Both the position numbers and the translations under genes were made by a program. Shown one piece after another: positions 1 to 8,503 of a stretch of DNA of 32,357 nt (its first letter is position 1; every line of letters starts with the position of its first letter). Source of the DNA: a virus; IMG/VR virus record IMGVR_UViG_3300045988_092796, positions 1 through 32,357 of that record, one strand, 5' to 3'. The notes under the pieces were generated by a model. The model was not told the DNA's origin and did not search any database. It worked only from the letters and a program-made list of their open reading frames with translations.

Positions 1-22
1 TTTGTTTAGTGGTTTTATAACC
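1..22. repeat. att core copy (lysin-proximal end)
   Basis: tttgtttagtggttttataacc is identical to 32336-32357. The repeat may extend beyond the window edge. Confidence 0.8.
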
Positions 23-112
23 TTATTTAGCGATTGGGTAAACAGAAACTTGTTTAATGGCTTTTTTATGACATTTAATGAAATAGCCTTAAAACTCGCA
101 TTGATTAATACC

Positions 113-134
113 TATCACAGTTAAATCTGTGATA
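113..134. repeat. Perfect 8-bp-arm inverted repeat in the att arm (tatcacag-ttaaat-ctgtgata); possible protein-binding site
   Basis: Read directly. No flanking T-run on either strand, so it is not an obvious terminator. Confidence 0.4.
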
Positions 135-157
135 AAAAATGTAATATTTATAAAAAG

Positions 158-179
158 TGGGTATCAATTTGGGTATCAA
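158..179 (+). repeat. Two direct TGGGTATCAA repeats, 12-bp start-to-start; candidate arm-type integrase binding sites
   Basis: tgggtatcaa at 158-167 and 170-179. The same motif pair with the same spacing and orientation occurs at 32277-32298, next to int. Confidence 0.55.
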
Positions 180-235
180 AAACCAGTGAATTTATGTCTG
201 TTGAAATAGACATTTTAGCTTTTTTCCATTTAAAC

Positions 236-261
236 GAAAAAAGATCTATTACGATCTTTTT
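236..261 (-). terminator. Rho-independent terminator of the moron operon
   Basis: aaaaagatc-tattac-gatcttttt stem with T-runs on both strands. It overlaps the stop codon of CDS 260-997. Confidence 0.6.
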
Positions 262-997
262 ATTCAAAATGTAATAAGTTGCTTTCTACGACCGCCTCAA
301 GAGCTAACGATTTTCTTCCTGCATCTTCAAAATCTATAACAATAGTATTTTCTTTGATTTCTACCACTTTACCAATTCCAAAGGATGAATGTTTAACTGT
401 TGAACCCGCAACATCTTTGTGAGCTTCAACCCATTCTTTAACTTTCTCATTTTCTTCTTGTTCTTGAAGAAGACCAGACTGTTTCATTAATTCAACAACC
501 TCAAAATATCCACTTAAAAAGGTTTGTTTGAAATCAGAACCTGTAGATAATTCTGAGCGTTTTACAGGCTCACCCAATCCTAGCATTAGTTGAATAGCTT
601 TCAAAATAACATCATCAGAGACGTTACGACTATCAAGCTGTCCACCAACCGCATCCCCATAAACTCCGTAGAAGTGTCCATCTTCACCATCATGTCCATA
701 GATATCCATAATATTGCTAGTTTCTCTGTTGCAATAAACTGCTCCGTCTTCATTGACAATAGCGTATGATACGTCGTTGTTTTTGATTGTTTCAAGTAGC
801 TGATTTGCTTTTTCCATTTTCAATTCCTCTGCATATTCTGTTAACTTACTAGCCACTTTTAAGCTAAGGTTTTCAATTTTTCTTGTACCTGACTTAATAT
901 TTGACAAGCTAGGCTGGGCCACTCCGGTTGCTCTTGAAATTTCGTATTGGCTGAAATTATCAAGTAACCACTTAATCTTTTTACTATCCGCTTTCAT
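260..997 (-). CDS. Moron protein: N-terminal XRE-like HTH, an unassigned central region, and a C-terminal motif resembling the PcrA/UvrD C-terminal (Tudor-like/DUF3553-like) domain
   Basis: Strong SD aggagaaggtcagATG. HTH-like segment YEISRATGVAQPSLSNIKSGTRKI. C-terminus GSTVKHSSFGIGKVVEIKENTIVIDFEDAGRKSLALEAV matches the G-x-V-x-H-x-x-F-G-x-G-x-V...F...G-x-K-x-L pattern. Located between lysin and att. Confidence 0.6.
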   Translation of the reverse strand: MKADSKKIKWLLDNFSQYEISRATGVAQPSLSNIKSGTRKIENLSLKVASKLTEYAEELKMEKANQLLETIKNNDVSYAIVNEDGAVYCNRETSNIMDIYGHDGEDGHFYGVYGDAVGGQLDSRNVSDDVILKAIQLMLGLGEPVKRSELSTGSDFKQTFLSGYFEVVELMKQSGLLQEQEENEKVKEWVEAHKDVAGSTVKHSSFGIGKVVEIKENTIVIDFEDAGRKSLALEAVVESNLLHFE

Positions 998-1008
998 CTG
1001 ACCTTCTC

Positions 1009-1110
1009 CTATTTAATTAAAATGTAAATAACGGCAACAATTACAATCAACCAGATAATGAATGCTATCCAATCAAAAGGATGCTTGGTAATTCTAAAGT
1101 TTACTTTCAT
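1009..1110 (-). CDS. 33-aa small membrane peptide (MKVNFRITKHPFDWIAFIIWLIVIVAVIYILIK)
   Basis: ORF is below the track cutoff. It has one clear TM helix, and its TAG stop overlaps the SD of the downstream HTH gene. It has no convincing SD of its own. Confidence 0.35.
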   Translation of the reverse strand: MKVNFRITKHPFDWIAFIIWLIVIVAVIYILIK

Positions 1111-1158
1111 AAGAATTTTTGATATACTATACATAAGCCCCCTTAGGGGCGGGGAGGT

Positions 1159-1266
1159 TTACTCCCCGATTTCAATTTGCCATTCAAAGCTGATGATTAC
1201 TAAGTTTATCTTGACGGAGAACTTGAATTTCAGTTTTGATGGCTTTTTCTTATGCTTGGCTCGCAT
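1159..1266 (-). CDS. 35-aa Lys-rich small ORF (MRAKHKKKPSKLKFKFSVKINLVIISFEWQIEIGE), possible leader peptide
   Basis: Perfect SD taggaggtaaagatATG. The stop codon lies in the loop of the GC hairpin at 1151-1167, which is followed by a second GC hairpin at 1137-1150. Confidence 0.45.
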   Translation of the reverse strand: MRAKHKKKPSKLKFKFSVKINLVIISFEWQIEIGE

Positions 1267-1317
1267 ATCTTTACCTCCTATTTTATTTGTAAGGTCTGCC
1301 AACCTCCTTACATTATT

Positions 1318-1346
1318 ATTATATAACATTTGTTATATATTGTCAA
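1318..1346 (-). promoter_or_regulatory. Consensus sigma-A promoter TTGACA-17-TATAAT with a 9-bp-arm palindrome (tatataaca-aa-tgttatata, 1320-1339) filling the spacer
   Basis: Minus strand reads ttgaca atatataacaaatgtta tataat. Both hexamers are perfect, the spacer is 17 nt, and the operator-like dyad sits inside it. Confidence 0.7.
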
Positions 1347-1391
1347 CCCTTTTTACAAACTTTTTTTAAAATTTTTTTATTTTTTTACAAC

Positions 1392-1422
1392 AAAAAAGCC
1401 CTACCAGCCTAAGCCGGTAGGG
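1392..1422 (-). terminator. Rho-independent terminator after the endolysin gene
   Basis: Minus strand reads ccctaccggcttaggctggtaggg followed by cttttttg. Confidence 0.7.
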
Positions 1423-1479
1423 TTGAATTAAATTTTAATTTCTATGTTTTTATTTTCTCAGAGTTTCCGCTCTGTTTTT

Positions 1480-2217
1480 TTATGACAACTCGCCCCAGAG
1501 GTCAATTCTATTGCCTGCCTCATCTGTTTGGCCAATAGCCAAATAGTTACGATTGCCAGACTCTCCCACGTATGAAATCCAGCGGTAGCCATCATTAGAC
1601 CCCTTGGAATCATAATGAACCTTATCTCCCGGCTGATAGACTGCCACGATTTCACCAGTTAAGCTAGGTTCACGTCGGACATTGATTGGGCTATCACCAA
1701 CGGTAAATGTGGCGTCTTCTGAATAAAATGGCGCCTCATGGCTTTCCATGACCTCAGTAACAGCTTCTTTAAGCTCTTGCTTAGGCAATGCCTCACCTTT
1801 AGGACGAAATGCCGTTGGATAAAGGGTGCTGTACGGAAAGGCAACAAGGTTAAATGCTCCGCCTCCGTTTGGTCCAGCTTCTCCGCCTTGGTTTTGACCC
1901 AAGAACCAGCCTTGTGTTCCGTCAATGTCAGCGATGAAAACAGCAACGTGAGAAACGGGAGTCCATTCATTTTCCGTAAAGATAACAACTTCCCCACCCT
2001 CTAAGTTTTCGACCTCGTCGAAGTAATCAAGGATACCGTTGTTGTAGCGCTGTTCCCATAGATCCTTCACATAGCCAGAAACCATACAGTTTGAAAACGG
2101 CACGCCTAACCATAAACAGTATTTAGCATACCCGTCCCAACATTGCCAACCGAACCAGCCGTCAATGTCGAATCCAGACCCTAGAACCTCATTTTGAAAT
2201 AATTTGACCTTATCCAT
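1480..2217 (-). CDS. Endolysin, N-terminal CHAP domain + C-terminal SH3b domain
   Basis: CHAP Cys/His context (GWQCWDG ... SHVAVF). The C-terminus INVRREPSLTGEIVAVY...GYRWISY...NYLA is SH3b-like. Start chosen at the ATG preceded by gaggagaa; the track start at 2244 lacks an SD. Confidence 0.85.
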   Translation of the reverse strand: MDKVKLFQNEVLGSGFDIDGWFGWQCWDGYAKYCLWLGVPFSNCMVSGYVKDLWEQRYNNGILDYFDEVENLEGGEVVIFTENEWTPVSHVAVFIADIDGTQGWFLGQNQGGEAGPNGGGAFNLVAFPYSTLYPTAFRPKGEALPKQELKEAVTEVMESHEAPFYSEDATFTVGDSPINVRREPSLTGEIVAVYQPGDKVHYDSKGSNDGYRWISYVGESGNRNYLAIGQTDEAGNRIDLWGELS

Positions 2218-2231
2218 TGTGTTTTCTCCTC

Positions 2232-2561
2232 TTATTTTTTCCAAGATTCGTTAGCCGTTTTAACGGCTGACTCAAGAAATGTATTTAGCTGATCGTTAGT
2301 AAGATAAATATTGTATGCTTCAAGGCTTTCAATCAAGCTAGTTTTAGCATGTTCAAATTTATCTTGTCCGTTGATTCCCAATTTGTCCGCTACTTGTTCC
2401 GTAGCCTGTACGGCATTTTTAGCTAGGATTTCAGCGGTTTCAATGGCTTTCTTGCCTCCTCTTGTCAAAAGGTACTGTTTAACAGAGTTAACGACAATAC
2501 CAACTAGCACTACTAAAATACTCATAGCTCCGCTTACGACAATATCTGTGATTTGATTCAT
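2232..2561 (-). CDS. Holin, LL-H-like (single N-terminal TM followed by a helical tail)
   Basis: N-terminal TM IVVSGAMSILVVLVGIVV. Sits directly upstream of the lysin. Family assigned from memory. Confidence 0.6.
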   Translation of the reverse strand: MNQITDIVVSGAMSILVVLVGIVVNSVKQYLLTRGGKKAIETAEILAKNAVQATEQVADKLGINGQDKFEHAKTSLIESLEAYNIYLTNDQLNTFLESAVKTANESWKK

Positions 2562-3013
2562 TTTTTACTTTCTCCTTTTTTAATCAATTTACTTGGTCCT
2601 TTCGAACCTTCTTTTAACTTAAATTTTTCATGATCAATATTTTGTTTTACAAGATGATCCAGCCCAGGGATTTCAACACCTAAAGCTGAAAGACTGGCTA
2701 GAATACTAGAACCGTAAGCCGCCATCATTGCAACAATGAAGGCATCAACTACAGGCCCCAGATTCATGTATAGGGCGAATGGATAGCCAATTGCTACAAT
2801 TAAAATCATAGCTGTGTGGCTCACTAGCCCTTTTCTCCATTTGCGACTTGAAAACTCGTGATAGGCCCACGCTCTAGATACTCCTATAACGATATCTAGA
2901 GCAACAATGGCCATCAATAGAAATACAATCATGTGTTCATCAATTCCGTGATCATAGAAGTCACGGACTACTTCAATAATTCCAAAGATTCCATCTGGTT
3001 CTTGATACATCAA
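2558..3013 (-). CDS. Holin, multi-TM (phi LC3/TcdE-like family)
   Basis: Three or four predicted TM segments and a charged C-terminal tail. Lies in the lysis cassette with an ATGA overlap onto the next gene. Confidence 0.6.
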   Translation of the reverse strand: MMYQEPDGIFGIIEVVRDFYDHGIDEHMIVFLLMAIVALDIVIGVSRAWAYHEFSSRKWRKGLVSHTAMILIVAIGYPFALYMNLGPVVDAFIVAMMAAYGSSILASLSALGVEIPGLDHLVKQNIDHEKFKLKEGSKGPSKLIKKGESKK

Positions 3014-3028
3014 TCACACTCCTTTCAA

Positions 3029-3700
3029 TTAAGATTCAGGTTGTGCCACTGGTTGGGTCTCAAGGTCTCCTGATGGTTTGTTTTTCTTATCTTCTTTAGG
3101 AACCTCCCAATTGTAGATTGCAAGCTTGCCATTTTGAAAAAGCGGCCCTTTCAAATCTTTGATTGATTCCCCATTGTATGTGAAATCATAGTTGACTTGT
3201 ACAAGGACACGTTTCCCTTCGCTGTATTGTTCAGTGTGGTCTGGATCAATCAAGGTGAAGATATCATGTTCTTTGTAGGTCTTTCCTAATTGGGCAGCTT
3301 CCACAAGTTCAAGCGCTCGTTTGTAAAGAGTGGGATCAAGTGGATTGTCTTGATTGGTAACAGCTACGAGAACCGACCAATCAGCAAGAGCTTTGTTGTT
3401 CTGGATTTGAGCATCTTTTCTCTCATTTTCTTGAGTTAGCTCTTGGATCTTCTGAATGGCTCCATTGTTAGCTTCAATAGATTTGTCAAGCTCTTTCTTG
3501 AGTGCTACGATAGCACCAGATGGATCCAGCTCCATCCGAACGATATTCAGCACAGCCTCAACCAAAGTAGTTTCGTCTTCTTCTGTGCGATTATTTGATA
3601 GGATTTCTTCAAATACTCGGTACGGGAAATCTTGCTTGATTGCCACTTTCGTCGTATTTGTGATGGGATCAAAAAATCTTGATTGTACTTTATAGTCCAT
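3029..3700 (-). CDS. Hypothetical phage protein (between tail and lysis modules), coiled-coil centre
   Basis: Long ORF translationally coupled to its neighbours; no recognisable motif. Confidence 0.5.
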   Translation of the reverse strand: MDYKVQSRFFDPITNTTKVAIKQDFPYRVFEEILSNNRTEEDETTLVEAVLNIVRMELDPSGAIVALKKELDKSIEANNGAIQKIQELTQENERKDAQIQNNKALADWSVLVAVTNQDNPLDPTLYKRALELVEAAQLGKTYKEHDIFTLIDPDHTEQYSEGKRVLVQVNYDFTYNGESIKDLKGPLFQNGKLAIYNWEVPKEDKKNKPSGDLETQPVAQPES

Positions 3701-3921
3701 TAAGCATTTACCTCGTTTTTATTTTTGATTTCTTCGAACAAGTCCTTCAAATCTTTGTCTGAATCAAGGACAGAGCGATAGACTTCAACTTCGTTATAAA
3801 GTTGAGCTGTTTTTTGTTTTTCATCATTCAGTCGGGCTTTATATTCGACCTCATTGAGTGTTTTATCACTGAGTTGTTGATTTAACTCAGTGATGATTGC
3901 TAGTAAGATATTTTCTTCCAT
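3700..3921 (-). CDS. Hypothetical small coiled-coil phage protein
   Basis: ORF with an SD (aaaaaggagaaaacATG); ATG/stop overlap with the next gene. Confidence 0.5.
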   Translation of the reverse strand: MEENILLAIITELNQQLSDKTLNEVEYKARLNDEKQKTAQLYNEVEVYRSVLDSDKDLKDLFEEIKNKNEVNA

Positions 3922-3935
3922 GTTTTCTCCTTTTT

Positions 3936-6900
3936 CTATTTAAAGCTGTACTTGTTAAGTACGCCCGTTATGTGACTTCTGATGTTCTGGTTTTTCAGAT
4001 CCCAGCCATATTTGGAAATTTGACCAAGGCATGTCAATAGATCCCATAAATAAGTACCAACGTTATAAGCGTTTTTACCTATAAAAATATTATCTATCCA
4101 AGCTCCTGAAAAATGCTTGTCACCACGCCCCAAATTGTGCCGTACGCCCTTTTCATTTCCTGGAATCAGATAAGAGCTTCCATCTCGCGTGTTATTGTGG
4201 ATAATCCACGGGCTACGATAGCGTCCGTTTGAGTAGAAGATGATACGGTCTGATACGATTTCATAGAGCGATTCATTTTCTGACCCGCTCTTACCAGACC
4301 AGAGACGAGTTCCAGCGAATGTCTCATTCTCAGTATTTTCCGTCTTGTCATGGTTAGTACCAATTACGATTCGGGCAGCCTTCGAATCCCTCACCCGCTC
4401 TCCGATAAATCCGCTCTGGTTTAACTTGATAAACTCTGATGCTGTAGTATCATCAATCCGCCTGATTACTCCTGTATTCGAATATAAATTAATACTTCCA
4501 TCGTTTAGATTAAAGTCAGTTGCTTTATTAATCGAGAGCAACCGACCGCCCTGCATCCGCTCAGCACTGAAATCGATCGAGTTAATCTGAGTGATAAAGG
4601 CTCTCTGAGAAGTCAATTCTCGGATAAAGGCTTGATTGGCAATTAATTTACTGATCAAGGCATAATCTACCTGAACCTTATCAGCAGTAACAGCGTTAGC
4701 TGCTAAAATTTCACTGGTTACTGATCCAGCCTTAAAGTGGCCCGTCTCTAATGTGCCAGTTTTAAGATGTCGGCCCAAGATAGACCCATCAACAATCATA
4801 TCCCCTTTGACCTTGATTAATTTTGAAATCAAGGCAATCGATTCAGGATCCTGCACGAATAATGAGCTAATAGTCTTGCCGTTGATGGTTTTTCCAACGC
4901 CAAAAGTGATTTGACCTGGTGTGATGTCTACATCAGTCTTTTTGATAGTATCATCAATTTGACTTGCCAATTTCTTCAACTCACCATCGATGGTCTGACT
5001 ATATTCTGCCATCTTTGTTTCCAGCTTCTTGCCAGCTTCGTCTTCAGCAGCCTGCCAAGGTCGCTCAATCGTTCCCTCATAGACATCCACATCAGCGATG
5101 TATAGTGCAGATTCGTCACCTTCAGTTTTACCGCTACTTTTAAACCTCAAAAAAGCTTCATCATAAATTTCAGAATCAACCTTAAAATAAAATCTTTTAG
5201 CTTCATTGTTAGGTAGCTGTACTCCTTCAAGCAATGTAATGAATCTTTCGAATAGTTGTGCAGATCCTTTTCTTCTGAGGAAAAATACTAATTCAGCACC
5301 TTTTAAATTTTCCGAACAAAAAAGTGTAATCCCAACAGTATAAGTGGTTTTTTGCCTAACATTAAATCGATGAGAAGAAAGAAACTTGGAATACGCACTA
5401 TTTCTATTGATTATAGCTAGTAGCTTACGAGTCCCGTCAAAATATAAAGGATTAGTCACTATTTTTGCTGTTGGTTCGGAATCTGGAGAGATTTCACCCC
5501 AATTTTTTAGATTTTGAGGATCACCACTGTTCAGGACAAGATTTTGTCCACCAGTTTTCAACTCTTCAAATCTTCGAGTAATCCCACGAGAATCTTCTTC
5601 GTATTTGGATTTTGATATATAGCCAGATTCTATATCCTCTCTAAATGCGGTCAAACTAGATGCTGTCTTATCTTCGATGTACTTCTTCAACGTCTCTTGA
5701 CGTGTTCCATCAGCTTGAACATAAGATTCAAAAGATGTGATTTTAGTCTCTAAACCTCTAGCAGTTTTCTCGAACTCAGCTTGGAATGTACTTGTGGCAT
5801 CTTCGGGGGCTTCGTTCCAGTCGCCAGGCATGTTACCCTCAAAAACGGCTGGAGCACATATTTCAAGCCAATCACCTTTCTTTTGGCCATAATTTGCCCC
5901 GTGTCGCCCAAAAATGACACGTTTAGGCACACTTACGGGTGTTTGGGTCCATTTTACCCAATATAGTCTCCATTCGTTAGTAATAGTAAATATAGCATAT
6001 CCATCAATCAAGTTGTCTGCAACGAATCCTGTACTAGTAACTACTTTTGTAACACTGTTAGGGCTAAATAGATGCAGTACACATCTATAATCGTTGCGAG
6101 AAGCCCTGGCCCAAAATATAGCTGTATATTCGGTTCCAACCATTGGCACAGTTGTATTCGTCACGAACATATCAATAACCTTTTGATTTTCTTGCGTGAT
6201 TTCAGACCGAATTACTTTAAATCCATTGAATTCACCGACTACTCCTTTAATCCCTGGGAATAGACGAGTCCCTTTTATCAAATTTCGTCTACCGATTTTG
6301 ATATTTGAGATTGTCTCTTTAATCCCTTGAGCCGTCTGCTCTACATAAGCCCGATCAGCTTTATTTTGTGCTACCTTCACAAGGTCAGAAATCGCTTTGT
6401 TGGTACTTTGCTCATAATGGGACTGCGCACCCGATATACCAGCAAACTTACTTGCAGTCGAAGCCTTAAAGTTATCCATTTCTTTTTGGATCGCAGTGTT
6501 CATTTCTGACAGCCCGTTAGCAGTAGCCTTAAGATCCTCTACCTTGACTTCAATGCCATTGTATCTAGCTTTGAATTCTTCTATAATTTCATCTTTATTA
6601 GTCTTGTTAGCAGCTTTTATTTTCTCAGAGATTTCAGCGGTAATCTCTTCCTTTACTACCTCGGCTTTAGCCTTAGCCTGTTCGATTCCGTCAGTAATGT
6701 CCTGCTCTAGACTCTTAACCTTCTTATCGTACTCAGCATTAGCATTATCGATAAGTTGTTGGACCTTTGCATCATGACTAGCAATTTTATCCGCCACCGA
6801 ATCATTAATGATTTGACCGATAGCTCCACCAAGAGATCGCGAAATTTTGCCAAATCCGATTTTCTTTAGCTTCTTGGCCATCGGACCATAACTATACTTT

Positions 6901-7802
6901 GTAATTTTCTTTCGAATATCCACATTGTATAGCTCATAATAGATTGATGCAGTATCAAAAAGTTTAACAGGCTGGTCAGCTTGACCGATAACATTAATCT
7001 CTAGATTCTCTTCAGGCAGGTCACACAGGCTTGATTGAAAGTATTTCTTACCATATTCTTTCAAATCCTCAAGAGTTTTAACATCCTGATCTTGGACTTC
7101 CATATCATACTCGTAGATATGCTTATACTTATCTACCAGCGTACTATCTACAGTAACTTCAAGGACTTTCTCTTTCTCACCCTCGCCAGAGGCAGTAATG
7201 ACCTTGCGAAAGTGAATCCTTGTTTTTAGGGATTTAGTAGTGGTCGATTCTTTGTACTCGGATAGATTTTTTTTGTACATAAAAAGAGATTGATTTTCAA
7301 TCCCTCCATTTTTTAATAACCTAACTGAGTATTTATCACGGATTAAATCACCACCCCATTGACCAATAATCGAATGTTGACCTTTTGTGAGCGCATCAAT
7401 TACCGATACATTATCAAGTCTAAGAGTATGCTTGTCTTGGATGTCTGAAAAAAATGTAAAAGGACATTCTCTTTTTAGTCCTTCTACCAGCTTATTCATG
7501 ACTGTCGCCCCATTTGCTCGATCTACATCAATCTTACGGACGCTATGACCATTTAGCAAGGTAGCCACTTGATTAGCATAGACAGTAATATACCCATGTC
7601 CCTTTTGGACATCAATGATTACAAATTCTTGCTCTCCAGACAAATCATCAGCAAGAAGATGCACTTCATTTTTTAACGAAGTCCATTTCTCATCACTGAC
7701 TGGAAATTTAAAGGACAATTGATAAGTATTGTTCGCTTCTTGAGTGATGTCATCTTCAAAACAAAAATTAAGAGGGATATTACCCTCTTTTAAATAAATC
7801 AA
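3936..7802 (-). CDS. Tail-associated protein (Tal)/receptor-binding tail fibre, about 1288 aa
   Basis: N-terminus is typical of the prophage-tail 'minor structural protein' family. Follows Dit. Long coiled coil and two beta-rich, CBM-like insertions. Likely TTG start (ggaggtatcgcatTTG) overlapping the Dit stop. Confidence 0.8.
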   Translation of the reverse strand: MIYLKEGNIPLNFCFEDDITQEANNTYQLSFKFPVSDEKWTSLKNEVHLLADDLSGEQEFVIIDVQKGHGYITVYANQVATLLNGHSVRKIDVDRANGATVMNKLVEGLKRECPFTFFSDIQDKHTLRLDNVSVIDALTKGQHSIIGQWGGDLIRDKYSVRLLKNGGIENQSLFMYKKNLSEYKESTTTKSLKTRIHFRKVITASGEGEKEKVLEVTVDSTLVDKYKHIYEYDMEVQDQDVKTLEDLKEYGKKYFQSSLCDLPEENLEINVIGQADQPVKLFDTASIYYELYNVDIRKKITKYSYGPMAKKLKKIGFGKISRSLGGAIGQIINDSVADKIASHDAKVQQLIDNANAEYDKKVKSLEQDITDGIEQAKAKAEVVKEEITAEISEKIKAANKTNKDEIIEEFKARYNGIEVKVEDLKATANGLSEMNTAIQKEMDNFKASTASKFAGISGAQSHYEQSTNKAISDLVKVAQNKADRAYVEQTAQGIKETISNIKIGRRNLIKGTRLFPGIKGVVGEFNGFKVIRSEITQENQKVIDMFVTNTTVPMVGTEYTAIFWARASRNDYRCVLHLFSPNSVTKVVTSTGFVADNLIDGYAIFTITNEWRLYWVKWTQTPVSVPKRVIFGRHGANYGQKKGDWLEICAPAVFEGNMPGDWNEAPEDATSTFQAEFEKTARGLETKITSFESYVQADGTRQETLKKYIEDKTASSLTAFREDIESGYISKSKYEEDSRGITRRFEELKTGGQNLVLNSGDPQNLKNWGEISPDSEPTAKIVTNPLYFDGTRKLLAIINRNSAYSKFLSSHRFNVRQKTTYTVGITLFCSENLKGAELVFFLRRKGSAQLFERFITLLEGVQLPNNEAKRFYFKVDSEIYDEAFLRFKSSGKTEGDESALYIADVDVYEGTIERPWQAAEDEAGKKLETKMAEYSQTIDGELKKLASQIDDTIKKTDVDITPGQITFGVGKTINGKTISSLFVQDPESIALISKLIKVKGDMIVDGSILGRHLKTGTLETGHFKAGSVTSEILAANAVTADKVQVDYALISKLIANQAFIRELTSQRAFITQINSIDFSAERMQGGRLLSINKATDFNLNDGSINLYSNTGVIRRIDDTTASEFIKLNQSGFIGERVRDSKAARIVIGTNHDKTENTENETFAGTRLWSGKSGSENESLYEIVSDRIIFYSNGRYRSPWIIHNNTRDGSSYLIPGNEKGVRHNLGRGDKHFSGAWIDNIFIGKNAYNVGTYLWDLLTCLGQISKYGWDLKNQNIRSHITGVLNKYSFK

Positions 7803-8503
7803 ATGCGATACCTCCAATTCCCTTGAATTTTAATTTTAGATACATTTCCCGTAGTCGTAATCCCGCTGATTCCTGGTTTTAGTTCGAAGAACGGACCTCT
7901 TACACGGATAGTGTTTCGCAGTTGCCCGTTTAACGTATAGACATTTTGCTTACGTTGCCTACAGTCAATTTTAGCCCCACCAGAAAGATTCAAAACCATC
8001 GTCTGATTTCCGATGGTTAACGTTACTTCACCTTGCCCCTCAATCGTGATGATAGGCTCTGAGTAAACCGTTCCTAGATTGGTCACTGTTCCACTGCTAC
8101 CAAAAGCAACCTCTTGAACATTTTTTAAATATCTGAAAGGATGTTGATAGATCTTGATGCTTACAATCCAGTTGTTTTGACCATGAAGCGATATTTCCGA
8201 ATCCAACAAATCAGCATAGTGGATACTATCAGGTTGATAACTAAACTCTAATACATTATCAAGCTTGTTAAATGCATTGATGATTGCTTGAGCGTCCTCG
8301 TATCGTTTTACGAAAACTTTCAACGTCCGCTCATAGCCATCATAAGCACCATCTTCGATATTGTACTGACCATTGATCCCATAGAGTTTCTTTTGTTCAT
8401 CGTAGCGAGGGATAGCTCCTTTAATATCTCCAAAATCAGTTACTACACTATCTGATATAGTGCCAGTATTAAATTTATTGATAATCAGATAATTTACTGC
8501 CAT
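7799..8503 (-). CDS. Distal tail protein (Dit)
   Basis: Position between TMP and Tal. Size is typical and the sequence resembles siphovirus tail-component family proteins. Confidence 0.75.
   Translation of the reverse strand: MAVNYLIINKFNTGTISDSVVTDFGDIKGAIPRYDEQKKLYGINGQYNIEDGAYDGYERTLKVFVKRYEDAQAIINAFNKLDNVLEFSYQPDSIHYADLLDSEISLHGQNNWIVSIKIYQHPFRYLKNVQEVAFGSSGTVTNLGTVYSEPIITIEGQGEVTLTIGNQTMVLNLSGGAKIDCRQRKQNVYTLNGQLRNTIRVRGPFFELKPGISGITTTGNVSKIKIQGNWRYRI

Noticed and set aside
601-795. 64-aa alternative-frame ORF inside the 260-997 gene
   Set aside because: It is fully nested, out of frame, within a gene that has a strong SD, and has no signals of its own.
1058-1369. 103-aa plus-strand ORF covering the moron leader region
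   Set aside because: No SD and a low-complexity product. The minus strand here has a consensus promoter, an SD-preceded sORF and hairpins that explain the region better.
1455-1480. Plus-strand hairpin cagag-tttccg-ctctg followed by T7 at the lysin stop
   Set aside because: The stem is only 5 bp, and the T-run is partly the complement of lysin-flanking A-rich DNA. This is too weak to call a terminator.
4100-4140. RGD tripeptide (LGRGDKH) near the C-terminus of the tail fibre
   Set aside because: A three-residue motif is expected by chance in a protein of about 1288 aa, and there is no supporting context.
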